IMG/VR virus record: IMGVR_UViG_3300042308_001371
Coordinates: 17,766-81,765 of that record
Origin: a virus
Direction: 5' to 3' (one strand)
Length of the DNA: 64,000 nt
Below are positions 38,618 to 48,427 of this stretch, piece by piece. Within the stretch, counting starts at the first letter, position 1. Each line of letters opens with the position of its first letter. The notes below the pieces were generated by a model. The model saw only the letters and a list, made by a program, of their open reading frames with translations, did not search any database and was not told where the DNA came from. The position numbers and the translations under genes were made by a program.

Positions 38618-38840
38618 GAATAATTACGTGAATGTCACTATTGAAATACTTCATGTCATCATTGGAGCTATCGATCTTAACCAGTGCATCTCGCATAATC
38701 TCATTCTGCGCTTGAAGCTTTTCAACTTCATCCTGCATAAACCCGGCACCTGCGATGAAGCTTTCAATTGCATCTTCCTCAATTAATTCTGGTCTGCGAA
38801 ATGAATATGTTCTCGCCGCATCTTCGATTCTAGTTTTCAT
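38586..38840 (-). CDS. Hypothetical protein
   Basis: FIAGA.F motif common in phage early proteins. Confidence 0.6.
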   Translation of the reverse strand: MKTRIEDAARTYSFRRPELIEEDAIESFIAGAGFMQDEVEKLQAQNEIMRDALVKIDSSNDDMKYFNSDIHVIIHEAREKVGEV

Positions 38841-38957
38841 TTTCTATACCCTATTGGAAATAGCCTGTAATTCCTATCAGTGAAACAGGCAGTTAGCCAT
38901 ACAAAGCCTTTAGGATTGCCATTCACATTATTGATGGAGTAAGTAAAGCAAATGAAC

Positions 38958-39152
38958 TTATTTTTCATCTTCCACCTCTTCTTCTTTTATTATAGTCAAC
39001 TCATCACCAAAGTCAATAGGATAGCCACACGCCATTAGAAAGCACTTGAAGTCTTCCAGAATCTCGGAAGTAGTCAGAGCATGGGATTCAAATGAAATGG
39101 CAGAGGAGTCGAATTGATTGGACTCATCACGAACCTTTTTAAAGACTAACAT
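38958..39152 (-). CDS. Hypothetical protein
   Basis: L..F..FL.ACGY motif. Confidence 0.6.
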   Translation of the reverse strand: MLVFKKVRDESNQFDSSAISFESHALTTSEILEDFKCFLMACGYPIDFGDELTIIKEEEVEDEK

Positions 39153-39581
39153 TAGTGACCTTCCATTTTATGTCTAAGTTTTTATCATACACAAGAACAT
39201 ACCTGTGCTTAACACTCCTACCCCTCCACTCTCCCTCTATTCCTTTAACCTTACCTCTACTATGCTTAATAAATGTTCCATCTGACTGCTTTATGAAGAA
39301 ATCCTTCTTAGCCTCAGTTAGTCCATAGTACTTGAAGTTACAAGCTTTGTAAACAGTGCCAGAGTGGAATGTAGAATCTGCGTATGATAAAATAGCTCTT
39401 ACAGATTTTTCCTTCCTTAAAAGTCTAATAGATCGAGACACAAACCAAGAAGCTAAATTATGTTCTTGTTAAAGCCACTTTTAAATCCCTTAGAGATGTC
39501 TTTTAAATAATGGAACTTTAATAGAATGTCAGCAGCTTGTTGCTTGGATACTAAGCCTAACTTAAAGGATTCCTTACTCAT
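39139..39581 (-). pseudogene. Mom-like DNA-modification GNAT with an internal deletion and frameshift
   Basis: Frame 1 (39453..39581) reads ILLKFHYLKDISKGFKSGFN and then stops. A second frame resumes EHNLASWFVSRSI...ILSYAD..H.GTVYKACNF. The central ELxRL segment expected in this family is absent. Confidence 0.7.
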
Positions 39582-41860
39582 TAATGCCCCTCTCGAAGAT
39601 TATACGCGAATTGTGGAATTGCTACAAGAGGTACTGAAATTTTATTAGTCTGCTCCATACATCTCTGAACAATCTCAGCCACTTCGTCCTTCTGACTTTC
39701 ATTTGCTGATATTATAGCCTGATCATGTACGCTAAGGCTAACCCAAGCATCTAAACCCCTCAGCAAGAATTCTCTACTCATGGCAATACACGCTCGGCTA
39801 ATGATAGAAGTAGCAGCTGCTTGAATTGGAAAGTTCAAAGCATTATTTAGTAAGTTGTTGTACTTACTTCGCATAATCTTAACCTCATCCATTGAAATTC
39901 GCTCTTTATAAGCAATTCTCCCCATTGCCTTGTAGTCTAACAAGCTATCCTTATACTTCTTATACATATCTCTTACTTCTGGCAAGTGTCTAACCCTGCC
40001 ATATTTAGAGGTAACTTTTCCAGTTGTTTTAGCTTCATGCAAATAACCATCCATTGCTTGTTTCAATAGAGGAAATGCTTTAAAATAGTTGTCAATCAAA
40101 TCCTGAGCCTCTTCTTTTGAAATACCTAATAACTGGGAAATCTTTCCAGCCTTTGCACCGTATCTAATTCCTAAAGAATAGCCTTTAGCGTCTTGTCTTA
40201 ATTTTGGATGAGTATTTTTTAAAAAGTTAGGTGCTTTCTTATCAGCAGAAAATCCTTCCAAACCATGTGCCATTATAGCCACCTTAGAGTAGAAGTCTTC
40301 CCCATTAATGAAAATATCCCTAAGGGGCTGATCTCCTGCATCATCAGCAAACACAGATGGTTCCAAACTAGAGTAATCGTCGTCGATAAAAACATAACCA
40401 GACTTTGGAACTATTAACTCTCTTAAAACATTAGTATAATAAATAATCCTTGCATCATCTTCTCCATCTTCTAATGGTCTACTTAATTGCTGCAAATCTC
40501 CACCGTATCTTCCAGAAGTAGTAGCGTGTTGCTTGAAAGTAGGATAGTAAATTCCATCCTCTTGCATTTCCATGAATCTGTCAAAATAGCTGCTTTTGAT
40601 CTTATTCATCTTGTTGAATACTCGCAGCTCTAAAGCCCAAGCAAATCCATAAGTTTCTGCCAAGTGTTCAACGAAGTCTTCATTGAACTGACCCTTCCCA
40701 CCCTTTGTTTTTGATAGCGGAGCAATCCCCATTCTCTCAAACACGATCTTGCCGAGCTGATCTTTTGATGCAAGGTTAATGGGATACTGCTGATCTTGGA
40801 GCAATAGCCCCATCTGCGCACCCCTCCAGTCGAAATTGGGAAGTATAGTTCCATTTGCAAGAAAATCGTAGTGCTCTGGGTGTGTGTCTTTTAAAACCTC
40901 AATGCTCTTTTTTGTAAGTTGGAACTTACCACTTTTTAGTACTGGTAGGAATCTTCCCAAACCACAAAGCTCACAAAAGTATTGCTTCAGCTTGCCACCT
41001 GATAATGGGTATTCTTCGTTCAGCAAATCGTCCACAAACTCTTTTGCCTCAGGAGTCGCCATAATAGCCTCAACTACGGCTTTCTCTGTCCTCGCTAATT
41101 CTAGCTTGATTTCCCCAAGGTACTTCTCAAGCTTCGGCATATCAAGGTAAACTCCGCGGTGCTCCATTTTTATTGTCACTAGCTTATAAAGCGGCATAAC
41201 TTCGTCAACATAGAATAAGTCAGATAAGCCTTGCAATTTCATTTCTGAGTGAAAGTAGTGAAATAGTCGCAAAGTTATGTCAGTGTCAGCAATTGCGTAC
41301 TTAGCCAAGATTGGCAAGTCGCCTTTGAACATTTGCTTATTCTCTCTTGTCCAACTCCCACCATTGGCTTTGACATTAAGCTCAAGCTCAATCTGCTCCT
41401 GATTGGCTGCGTCCTGATTGTCAAGACCTATTTCAGCAGCATAAATGAGCGCATTCTCTTTCAGAGCAAACGGACCCTCCTCCGCTAGTGTGTGCTTCAT
41501 AAGCTGAGTGTCAGCGTAGAGAGCTGAGATTAAATTGACCTTAAAGAAGTTAGCAGTGACTCGCACATCAAAACTGGCATTGTGCATAATCAGACGTTTT
41601 TGCGACAGCAATTCTAAGAATTTAGTAGCAACAGACATTGCCCACTTCTGTTCATCAAGTTGCTGAGTTACTTTGTTCCAAACGAATGTGGGCAAGTACC
41701 AACCAGTACCCACAATGCACGAGAATGAGAATCCTATGATTTTTACCTTGCGAACATTCAATCCAGTGGTTTCAGTGTCATAAGCCACTACGTCAGCATT
41801 TTCTAGCTCACTCAACGCAGTCTGAGAATTCATGAGATTTATAATTTGGTAGGATTTCAT
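39581..41860 (-). CDS. polA: Family A DNA polymerase with 3'-5' exonuclease
   Basis: DTETTG, HNASFD, SGRY, DYSSLE, RQDAKGYSLGIRYG, NFPIQ, VHDQ. Confidence 0.92.
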   Translation of the reverse strand: MKSYQIINLMNSQTALSELENADVVAYDTETTGLNVRKVKIIGFSFSCIVGTGWYLPTFVWNKVTQQLDEQKWAMSVATKFLELLSQKRLIMHNASFDVRVTANFFKVNLISALYADTQLMKHTLAEEGPFALKENALIYAAEIGLDNQDAANQEQIELELNVKANGGSWTRENKQMFKGDLPILAKYAIADTDITLRLFHYFHSEMKLQGLSDLFYVDEVMPLYKLVTIKMEHRGVYLDMPKLEKYLGEIKLELARTEKAVVEAIMATPEAKEFVDDLLNEEYPLSGGKLKQYFCELCGLGRFLPVLKSGKFQLTKKSIEVLKDTHPEHYDFLANGTILPNFDWRGAQMGLLLQDQQYPINLASKDQLGKIVFERMGIAPLSKTKGGKGQFNEDFVEHLAETYGFAWALELRVFNKMNKIKSSYFDRFMEMQEDGIYYPTFKQHATTSGRYGGDLQQLSRPLEDGEDDARIIYYTNVLRELIVPKSGYVFIDDDYSSLEPSVFADDAGDQPLRDIFINGEDFYSKVAIMAHGLEGFSADKKAPNFLKNTHPKLRQDAKGYSLGIRYGAKAGKISQLLGISKEEAQDLIDNYFKAFPLLKQAMDGYLHEAKTTGKVTSKYGRVRHLPEVRDMYKKYKDSLLDYKAMGRIAYKERISMDEVKIMRSKYNNLLNNALNFPIQAAATSIISRACIAMSREFLLRGLDAWVSLSVHDQAIISANESQKDEVAEIVQRCMEQTNKISVPLVAIPQFAYNLREGH

Positions 41861-41868
41861 AGATTCCT

Positions 41869-42066
41869 TTAGAGTAGTTCTTTTAATAAATTAGAGGCAG
41901 GGGAATACTTCTTCTTAAACTGAGCAGAGTTTACAGTCCACATGCCCTTAGATCCATCCTTTATATTACAAAACTCATAGGTAACATCGTCGTAGATTAT
42001 AATGAGTATTATAGCAGAATACGTGAAGTCCTTACGGATGTAACACTTTCCCTCTTCTAATTTCAT
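41869..42066 (-). CDS. Small SH3-like protein; tag SNLLKELL
   Basis: LEEGKCY start motif; tail motif. Confidence 0.7.
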   Translation of the reverse strand: MKLEEGKCYIRKDFTYSAIILIIIYDDVTYEFCNIKDGSKGMWTVNSAQFKKKYSPASNLLKELL

Positions 42067-42281
42067 AATAACTCCATCATTAGCGAGCTATGGTATTTCC
42101 CGTCTACCCAATATTTTATACCATCTATGTTTATTAAGTATACAAAACGTAATCCAAACGGATCTATTGCTTCAATTGGGTGAATCGTTCCGATTATATT
42201 AGCAGCTTTAGTTGGGCATAGGGTTAGTATGTTAGTAACTACTATTATATCATTTATATTTAAATTCTTTATACTTCCCAT
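42063..42281 (-). CDS. Small SH3-like protein; tag SSLMMELL
   Basis: LNINDIIV; tail motif. Confidence 0.65.
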   Translation of the reverse strand: MGSIKNLNINDIIVVTNILTLCPTKAANIIGTIHPIEAIDPFGLRFVYLINIDGIKYWVDGKYHSSLMMELL

Positions 42282-42520
42282 CCAAAATCCCCATAAGCTA
42301 ATAAATAAATGGATTCGGCTTTAAGTCTTTCAAGTTTGCTTATTTTACCAGTTTTAAAATAATTAACTATTATATCCTCTATGTCATCCATATTATGAAA
42401 TCCTGCTAGAATATTATTACACTCATCTAGCAAAGCGTCATCACTTAAGCTATCTAATTCCATATAAAGAGTATCACTCTCAAAACATATATCATTATAG
42501 TCTACTAGAGTTTGTTTCAT
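42269..42520 (-). CDS. Hypothetical acidic protein
   Basis: 83 aa; coupled to neighbours. Confidence 0.6.
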   Translation of the reverse strand: MKQTLVDYNDICFESDTLYMELDSLSDDALLDECNNILAGFHNMDDIEDIIVNYFKTGKISKLERLKAESIYLLAYGDFGWEV

Positions 42521-42744
42521 AATAATTGTCTCTCCAATGATGAAAGTGGAAGAATAAACACATCATCTGTAAAATGTGTATATAAAATTCCCATTACGTT
42601 ATCATAGTATCGTATTCTTACTTTAAAGTCATCTACTTCTTCTAATACAATAAACCAAAATGTGCTATCACTAGTATCTTCATTTAAAGAATACCGTTCA
42701 TTAATTATCAAATTATTTGTTTTTGTCTTTTGCAATAGTACCAT
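42517..42744 (-). CDS. Small SH3-like protein; tag SSLERQLL
   Basis: Tail motif; beta-rich. Confidence 0.65.
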   Translation of the reverse strand: MVLLQKTKTNNLIINERYSLNEDTSDSTFWFIVLEEVDDFKVRIRYYDNVMGILYTHFTDDVFILPLSSLERQLL

Positions 42745-43567
42745 CTTTTATAGATCTTTTAATTTGATACATATCTTTTTTATCTAAATCTTGAGGAGAA
42801 ATTTTAGACATAACCTCCTCTATTATTGTAGCATCAACACCAGAAAGGGCAAGTGAAAAGACGCATGCATTTAATGAATTAATCCACAATCCCGATAATC
42901 CAGTATGTGCATTGGTCAAGAAGAATTCAACCGCTTCAGGTATAGTATCCCTTTCCTTGCCATATAATAATTTAACTATTTCGGAAAGCTCCTCGGGTAC
43001 AATGACTTGTGCTTCATTTAAATTGTACTTAGCTTCTATAACCTCTTTAGCTTTTTTAGGAATTAGAAACTCACCATCCTGCCAAAATCCATCATCTATC
43101 TTAGAAGGGCAGTAGTACCTAGCAGTATCGGAACACTGCCTGTCAAGTTCTGGGAATTTTTCAGATAGCCAGTTCCAAGTCTCATCAAAATCCTTTGAAT
43201 TTAAAATAGTCTTAGCTAATGGAAATACTAGCCTAAACTTATGTAACTCATTAGTATGACTAGGACTTGGCAGACATAGGCAGGATAATCCAATTTGCTG
43301 TATTCTATGCTCAGCTTGTGGAATAGTTAAACCACTGTCTACATCTAAAGTCATAAAATCAGTAGATATAAAATGCTCATCAAGCCTAGTTCCAGAAAAT
43401 ATACTGGGACTCCAAGCATAGGATGATATATAAGATATTAGATCTTCTTCATTTATAATATCAACTACTTTAGGCAAATTAGGAGTAGAGGCAAGGAATG
43501 CTTGCTGTATTTTATCTTGTTTATTCTTAGGTAAGAAATTAGCTAAGGGATATATTGATAGTCTCAT
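42713..43567 (-). CDS. AEP-type primase (primase-polymerase) with helical C-terminal domain
   Basis: WSP..F, LDVD, SPSH...KFRLVFPL, D.QC.D.AR.Y; adjacent to the helicase. Confidence 0.7.
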   Translation of the reverse strand: MRLSIYPLANFLPKNKQDKIQQAFLASTPNLPKVVDIINEEDLISYISSYAWSPSIFSGTRLDEHFISTDFMTLDVDSGLTIPQAEHRIQQIGLSCLCLPSPSHTNELHKFRLVFPLAKTILNSKDFDETWNWLSEKFPELDRQCSDTARYYCPSKIDDGFWQDGEFLIPKKAKEVIEAKYNLNEAQVIVPEELSEIVKLLYGKERDTIPEAVEFFLTNAHTGLSGLWINSLNACVFSLALSGVDATIIEEVMSKISPQDLDKKDMYQIKRSIKDGTIAKDKNK

Positions 43568-43752
43568 AATAATTGTATTTCCAATGATGATAGTTTTACT
43601 AATCCCATTTCAAAATTAGACTTATAATACCACGAAGTTTCTCTAAAGATAGATGAATTATATTTTATTACAACAAAAACTAATTGATCAGTAACTTCAG
43701 TTATTTCAAATATAGCCCAATAATCATTTCTGTATATATCCCCTTTTTTCAC
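43564..43752 (-). CDS. Small SH3-like protein; tag SSLEIQLL
   Basis: MKKGDIY; tail motif. Confidence 0.7.
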   Translation of the reverse strand: MKKGDIYRNDYWAIFEITEVTDQLVFVVIKYNSSIFRETSWYYKSNFEMGLVKLSSLEIQLL

Positions 43753-44756
43753 AGATCTCCGCTATCTCCGCTAAACTTCTCTACAATAGTAACTACTTTA
43801 CCACTAGGACTTACTACTTCTTTAATTAAGTCATAAGTGAAACTCTTATGCTTCTCTTCTGCAGACTTCATTGCTAGAAGTTCATTATAGTATAACTTAA
43901 AGGTAGAGTACTCATTAATAGACATTTTCTTAAACCCTCTAGTCTCCACATCATAAGCCAGTAGCTTATTTTGACCACGCTTAATCTTATCCTCTTTGTG
44001 AGCTTCTCTAATCTTGCAATACCCCCATCCCATTACGCTTATCTTAGCCTCTTCTTCAAGTCTTAAAACTGGGCGATGAATCTGCATAATATCAGAGCAA
44101 ATGTACTTAAACTGACTACAGCCCAATACTGCATCTGCATCAAGAGGAACCTCTCCCTTCTGACCAGCACCTTTATTTACTTGAGCCATAGGGACTCCAA
44201 AAGCATTTAATTCTACAGCCATTTCTTTTAATGTAATCATAATAGAATTAAGAGTAGACGGATCGTTCTCGCCTAGACAATGAATATGGTCAATTGCAAA
44301 AGCTGCAACATCTCCAATGACTTCACGATACTTAACAAGTTCTTTCTTAATCCATCCCATGCTAACCTCACGAGATTTTCCAGTCTCATCATATCTGGAG
44401 ATTACGTATAATCTTTCAGATACCTCTGGACAATCCTCAGTAAGCTTAAACCATCGTTGAGAGATCTTTTCGTCGGTCATTTCAAGTGAAACGTATACGG
44501 CACAAGAATTTGGATTGTTCTTCAGAATCTCTTTAAAAAAATATAATACTACCTCAGACTTACCTACTCCAGAATCTCCAATTACTCCAAGTAACTCTTG
44601 TCTACTCCATTGATTTATCAAGCAATCAAATTCTTTAGGTCCGTTAATAAAAAGCTTTGTATTTAATCCACCGGAAACCTTACCAGATCTTTTTAGATCT
44701 GCTAAACTCCTTACTCCCATTTGTTGCTTTCTTTTATCATTAAAACTAGTCATCAT
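43749..44756 (-). CDS. DnaB-like (SF4) replicative helicase
   Basis: GDSGVGKS, SLEM, IDHI, AQVN. Confidence 0.85.
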   Translation of the reverse strand: MMTSFNDKRKQQMGVRSLADLKRSGKVSGGLNTKLFINGPKEFDCLINQWSRQELLGVIGDSGVGKSEVVLYFFKEILKNNPNSCAVYVSLEMTDEKISQRWFKLTEDCPEVSERLYVISRYDETGKSREVSMGWIKKELVKYREVIGDVAAFAIDHIHCLGENDPSTLNSIMITLKEMAVELNAFGVPMAQVNKGAGQKGEVPLDADAVLGCSQFKYICSDIMQIHRPVLRLEEEAKISVMGWGYCKIREAHKEDKIKRGQNKLLAYDVETRGFKKMSINEYSTFKLYYNELLAMKSAEEKHKSFTYDLIKEVVSPSGKVVTIVEKFSGDSGDL

Positions 44757-44775
44757 GTAATCTCCTTATTTTTCA

Positions 44776-45000
44776 CTACTCTATAATATCAACTATTCCA
44801 TAAAATACCTTAACACTCTCAATTCTCCTTGTCAATTCCGTATTAGAAGGATCTTTCTCTCTACAAAACCAATAAGCAGCTACAACAGGGCATAAGTTAC
44901 ATGCACAATATAAAGATATAGAATCAATACCTTTCTCTTCATACGTATCATGTACTAGTTTTTCATGTGCGTTTCTAAATTCACCAATTTTAAATATCAT
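44776..45000 (-). CDS. Hypothetical protein
   Basis: 74 aa; AGGA RBS. Confidence 0.55.
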   Translation of the reverse strand: MIFKIGEFRNAHEKLVHDTYEEKGIDSISLYCACNLCPVVAAYWFCREKDPSNTELTRRIESVKVFYGIVDIIE

Positions 45001-45008
45001 TTATTCCT

Positions 45009-45034
45009 AAAAAAAGGAGCCTTTCGGCTCCTTT
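45009..45034 (-). terminator. Rho-independent terminator
   Basis: On -: AAAGGAGCC-GAAA-GGCTCCTTTTTTT. Confidence 0.85.
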
Positions 45035-45035
45035 A

Positions 45036-45374
45036 TTATTTCTCTAAATCAGCTACAATTTCCATTTGCACAAATTCCAACCTACCACCTGATCCATAAT
45101 CTGCTACCTTTTTTTCAAATTCTTTTTTATCAATAACACCTTTATCAAGAAGTCTTGCAAATTTAGTATCAGGACGAGATACGTATAGTGTTTTACCACT
45201 CATATTAACCCCATTGATAACAACTTCTGTATTCTTATCTAGCTTAAGAGCGTATAGTTTACGACCCTTATCATCAGTCTTATATTCGCCTTCTAGTCGA
45301 TTGCCTTCATCATCAAACTGAGATTGGAAGATCAAACTTCCTACTGTAGCGTACTTACCCTTCTGTTTCGACAT
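45036..45374 (-). CDS. Hypothetical protein, possibly ssDNA-binding
   Basis: Lies in the ERF/helicase block and is followed by a terminator; function is only a positional guess. Confidence 0.5.
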   Translation of the reverse strand: MSKQKGKYATVGSLIFQSQFDDEGNRLEGEYKTDDKGRKLYALKLDKNTEVVINGVNMSGKTLYVSRPDTKFARLLDKGVIDKKEFEKKVADYGSGGRLEFVQMEIVADLEK

Positions 45375-45717
45375 TTTGCACTCCTTGTGTTAAGCCCTCG
45401 GCTTCATTAGTCTTTTGATTTTGAGCAAATCCATTTAAAATACCTTCAATAGCTGCTTCTGTACCCAACGCTACTAAGCTATCACAAATTCTCTTCCAAG
45501 TCGATAGAGCAATTCTAAGTTCAGGTTCTGACTCCTCAAATTGAGAATCAATTAGGGGATATGTAGCCATAGCTTCCATAAGCCTATCTTTTTGACCATG
45601 TTTTAGAATTGATCTAGCATTTTTAAATTCTTCTTGATCTCCAAGAAGACCTCTAACTAAAGTTTCAGTTACCTCTGTTTTAGAAATAACTCTTGGCGTG
45701 TTCGGTGAATTTTCCAC
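45355..45717 (-). CDS. Hypothetical protein
   Basis: 120 aa; coupled to ERF. Confidence 0.55.
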   Translation of the reverse strand: MENSPNTPRVISKTEVTETLVRGLLGDQEEFKNARSILKHGQKDRLMEAMATYPLIDSQFEESEPELRIALSTWKRICDSLVALGTEAAIEGILNGFAQNQKTNEAEGLTQGVQNVETEG

Positions 45718-46268
45718 TATAGATCTCCTGATGGGATTGATGAAGTAGTTGCTTTAGTAGCATTCTTTCTAAAAGAACCCCGACTAGCAGCAGGAGTAGA
45801 GTCTACTACTACTTCCTCTAATTTGTCAAAATTTGTAGTTTGTAAAGTTGCTACTACTTGTGTTTTAGAATTTCCACGACCAACGGCTTGCTCCCCATCG
45901 TCATCATCGGCACCAATATTAGCTAGAGATTGTAAGCCATAACGACGAGCATAGGAAATTCCCGATCCTTGTTGTTGGGCATCATTCAATTTATTTACAA
46001 TAATCTCTGTGAGACTTGAAATAAACTCACCAGATTCATGCAGAAGAATAGTTTCTACAAACGACTTTCCATCAATATGAACAGTTGGCTGTAGAACAGA
46101 GATACCATTGGCATTCATAACAGGAAGCACCGCTTCACGTACAGCATTAAGATCTGCGTAACGACTTTTAAAGAATGGATTTTTAGCATCTTTAATAGCA
46201 TTTCCCATAGTAGATTGAGCCTTAACTAGAGCAGATGCAATTTTAACAATTGACTCTGAACGATTCAT
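45717..46268 (-). CDS. erf: ERF-family ssDNA annealing protein
   Basis: KDAKNPFFKSRYADL, T.L.HESGE, GS.ISYARRY.L, DDDG. Confidence 0.9.
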   Translation of the reverse strand: MNRSESIVKIASALVKAQSTMGNAIKDAKNPFFKSRYADLNAVREAVLPVMNANGISVLQPTVHIDGKSFVETILLHESGEFISSLTEIIVNKLNDAQQQGSGISYARRYGLQSLANIGADDDDGEQAVGRGNSKTQVVATLQTTNFDKLEEVVVDSTPAASRGSFRKNATKATTSSIPSGDL

Positions 46269-46523
46269 TTATACCCCCAAAAGTGTAAGAGTACTTTCTA
46301 GTGCTGAACGATTAGCTTCTTCAACAGTTGCTTCAATCGCAGGGATGGATACCTTCTTAGTAATAATCGGACTCTTACCCTCTTTTCCAGCAGAGTAAAT
46401 GGTCAAATTTAGAGTCGAAGCTACTTTTCCAGCTTGACCAGAATTAGATAGGTTAAAACTCAAATCAAATCCTCCATCTTCTGGAACTAACTTTTTTAAT
46501 CGTTTTGAAAATTCTTTATCCAT
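46269..46523 (-). CDS. Hypothetical protein
   Basis: 84 aa; AGGAG RBS. Confidence 0.6.
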   Translation of the reverse strand: MDKEFSKRLKKLVPEDGGFDLSFNLSNSGQAGKVASTLNLTIYSAGKEGKSPIITKKVSIPAIEATVEEANRSALESTLTLLGV

Positions 46524-46899
46524 TTTTTTTCTCCTTTAAATGGTTTAAGTTCTCTTTTGTCATTACAGCGTCTATAAGATATTTTTTAGCTTGAAACATA
46601 GCAAATTCATAATTACTTGGATAAATCTCCTCAAGCTTCTCTATTCTACCAGCTTTTGTAGCTGTGTCAAATGATAAATGTACTAGTTGAAACTTATCAT
46701 TCTCGTCTTGGATAATAGAGAATCCTTTACCATCCAAACTAGTTTCCAAAGCTTCATGCTTTGCTTCAACTCCTTGCATTTCTGAAAGTTTTGATCTTAA
46801 TTGATCAATGATATCTAAAAGTTCTTTTTTAGATTTTTTTTCTAAATCTGTCACGTTAATTCCTTTATAAGAGATGAGTATAACATCACTGCTGCACAA
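46516..46899 (-). CDS. Hypothetical coiled-coil protein (likely GTG start near 46854)
   Basis: AAAGGA RBS before the GTG of VTDLEKK. Confidence 0.55.
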   Translation of the reverse strand: MCSSDVILISYKGINVTDLEKKSKKELLDIIDQLRSKLSEMQGVEAKHEALETSLDGKGFSIIQDENDKFQLVHLSFDTATKAGRIEKLEEIYPSNYEFAMFQAKKYLIDAVMTKENLNHLKEKKNG

Positions 46900-46961
46900 T
46901 CTATGGGAAAATCATATGTACCTGAGTTTACAACTACACAAAATCCCAACATATATTTTAC

Positions 46962-46990
46962 AGTATAAACCTTACTAGTATATTTGTCAA
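46962..46990 (-). promoter_or_regulatory. sigma70 promoter
   Basis: TTGACA-17-TATACT. Confidence 0.8.
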
Positions 46991-47014
46991 TAATTAGATC
47001 ACCTTTACTATATC

Positions 47015-47302
47015 TCACATTAACTCCTTTATAAGAGAAGATTCTGGGACAATCTCATCTAAAAAAAATGGGAATATATTTAATGCATTATACTTATCCC
47101 CATACCTATCATCCTGATTAACAAATACATTAATTAATCTAACGTGATTATTATGACCGTATACAATTTCTGCTACTACATATATTTTACCTATAAAAGC
47201 AGGAATATCACTTTCTTTTATACAGAGAACTCTATCACCAACTTTATAGTTCATATTAGCTCCAACAATAATGCAGGTGCTCTCTCTATGGTTTCTAGCC
47301 AA
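47015..47302 (-). CDS. Small SH3-like protein; tag SSLIKELM (likely start 47254)
   Basis: MNYKVGDRV; tail motif. Confidence 0.7.
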   Translation of the reverse strand: MARNHRESTCIIVGANMNYKVGDRVLCIKESDIPAFIGKIYVVAEIVYGHNNHVRLINVFVNQDDRYGDKYNALNIFPFFLDEIVPESSLIKELM

Positions 47303-47550
47303 TCAAACTCACCATTATCATATGTCACAGCTGGAATATATGCGCTTAAATTAATTGTAGCTACTCTTAGTGGATTTCCATTTTCTCCAGTTACAATAGA
47401 TCCCCCTTCCTTATACATTACATAATCTCCAACCCTAACTTCGTTTTTTGAGTCCATCCATTCTCCCATGCCAACATAAGTTAAAGAACTCGCAAGGCTT
47501 TCCATAAAAATGACACTCTTTAGGCGAATTCTTTTTTGAAAAACTAGCAC
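47251..47550 (-). CDS. Small SH3-like protein; tag PALLLELI (likely start 47457)
   Basis: VRVGDYV; tail motif. Confidence 0.65.
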   Translation of the reverse strand: MLVFQKRIRLKSVIFMESLASSLTYVGMGEWMDSKNEVRVGDYVMYKEGGSIVTGENGNPLRVATINLSAYIPAVTYDNGEFDWLETIERAPALLLELI

Positions 47551-48427
47551 AAGCTATATTATTAAGTTTCTGCTCTACAATGTCAAATGTTTTTTGCTTA
47601 TGCTCATCAGAAATTGTATCCCTTATTATTTGAGTTCTTACCTTTGGATCTTTAACCCTAATCTTTTTTTGTAATACAACGTAAGAAGCTTCGGCACAAT
47701 TTTCAGCCTCGCAGTAAATAGCAAGTTGTACACTATTTGCTACAGAATCCTCTTTATAAGGCTCTGAGGATGTTTTATTATCGCAGATATGTCTTACAGT
47801 AGGATCATCTTTAAAACTTGCAATAAAGTCAATCTTGCCTCTAAGCTTATCTCCGGATTCATTTTCAAGGGATATTTCCTTTTGAATTTCAAATACTTCT
47901 TCTATATGAGGCAGTACATCTTTCTCATATGCTTCTATTAATAGTCTACCTTTACGATATAAACTAATCCAACAAAGATTATTTAACGCTATCTTAGATC
48001 CCTTTGGCAATTCCCCATCTGATTTTATTTTTTTCTTGCAGTAGACTATAAACTCTTCAAAGTCCACTATAGATGGATATCTAGTGTTGAGCATGACAAT
48101 ATCTTGAGCTTGTAGTATATTCAAATCACAATCAGAAAAAAAATACTCACATAGAGGATTCCTTTCCAGTAATTGACCATTTTGCTCTATCATCCACTTA
48201 TCGAATACAGAGTAAGCATTTTCATTTAAAAGTAAATCTAATTCTACATCAGTTAGATATTGCTTTTTCTTTAAAAGAAGTAACTCCATAGCAGCATCAA
48301 TAGCTGAACCAAAAAATAAAGGACTGGGTATTTTTTCAGAGGCTAACTTTTCTCTATACCTAAGTCTATACTTTTCAGAGCATTGCTCAAAACAGTCTAA
48401 AGCAGAAAATGAAACATTAATACTCAA
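47435..48427 (-). CDS. PD-(D/E)XK (RecB/Cas4-like) exonuclease
   Basis: SFSAL..F..C...Y, GKIDF, DNKT, QL..Y, terminal Cys cluster. Confidence 0.85.
   Translation of the reverse strand: MSINVSFSALDCFEQCSEKYRLRYREKLASEKIPSPLFFGSAIDAAMELLLLKKKQYLTDVELDLLLNENAYSVFDKWMIEQNGQLLERNPLCEYFFSDCDLNILQAQDIVMLNTRYPSIVDFEEFIVYCKKKIKSDGELPKGSKIALNNLCWISLYRKGRLLIEAYEKDVLPHIEEVFEIQKEISLENESGDKLRGKIDFIASFKDDPTVRHICDNKTSSEPYKEDSVANSVQLAIYCEAENCAEASYVVLQKKIRVKDPKVRTQIIRDTISDEHKQKTFDIVEQKLNNIACASFSKKNSPKECHFYGKPCEFFNLCWHGRMDGLKKRS

Noticed and set aside
47435-48427. Cas4 of a CRISPR system
   Set aside because: A stand-alone PD-(D/E)XK nuclease near ERF is a normal phage recombination module.
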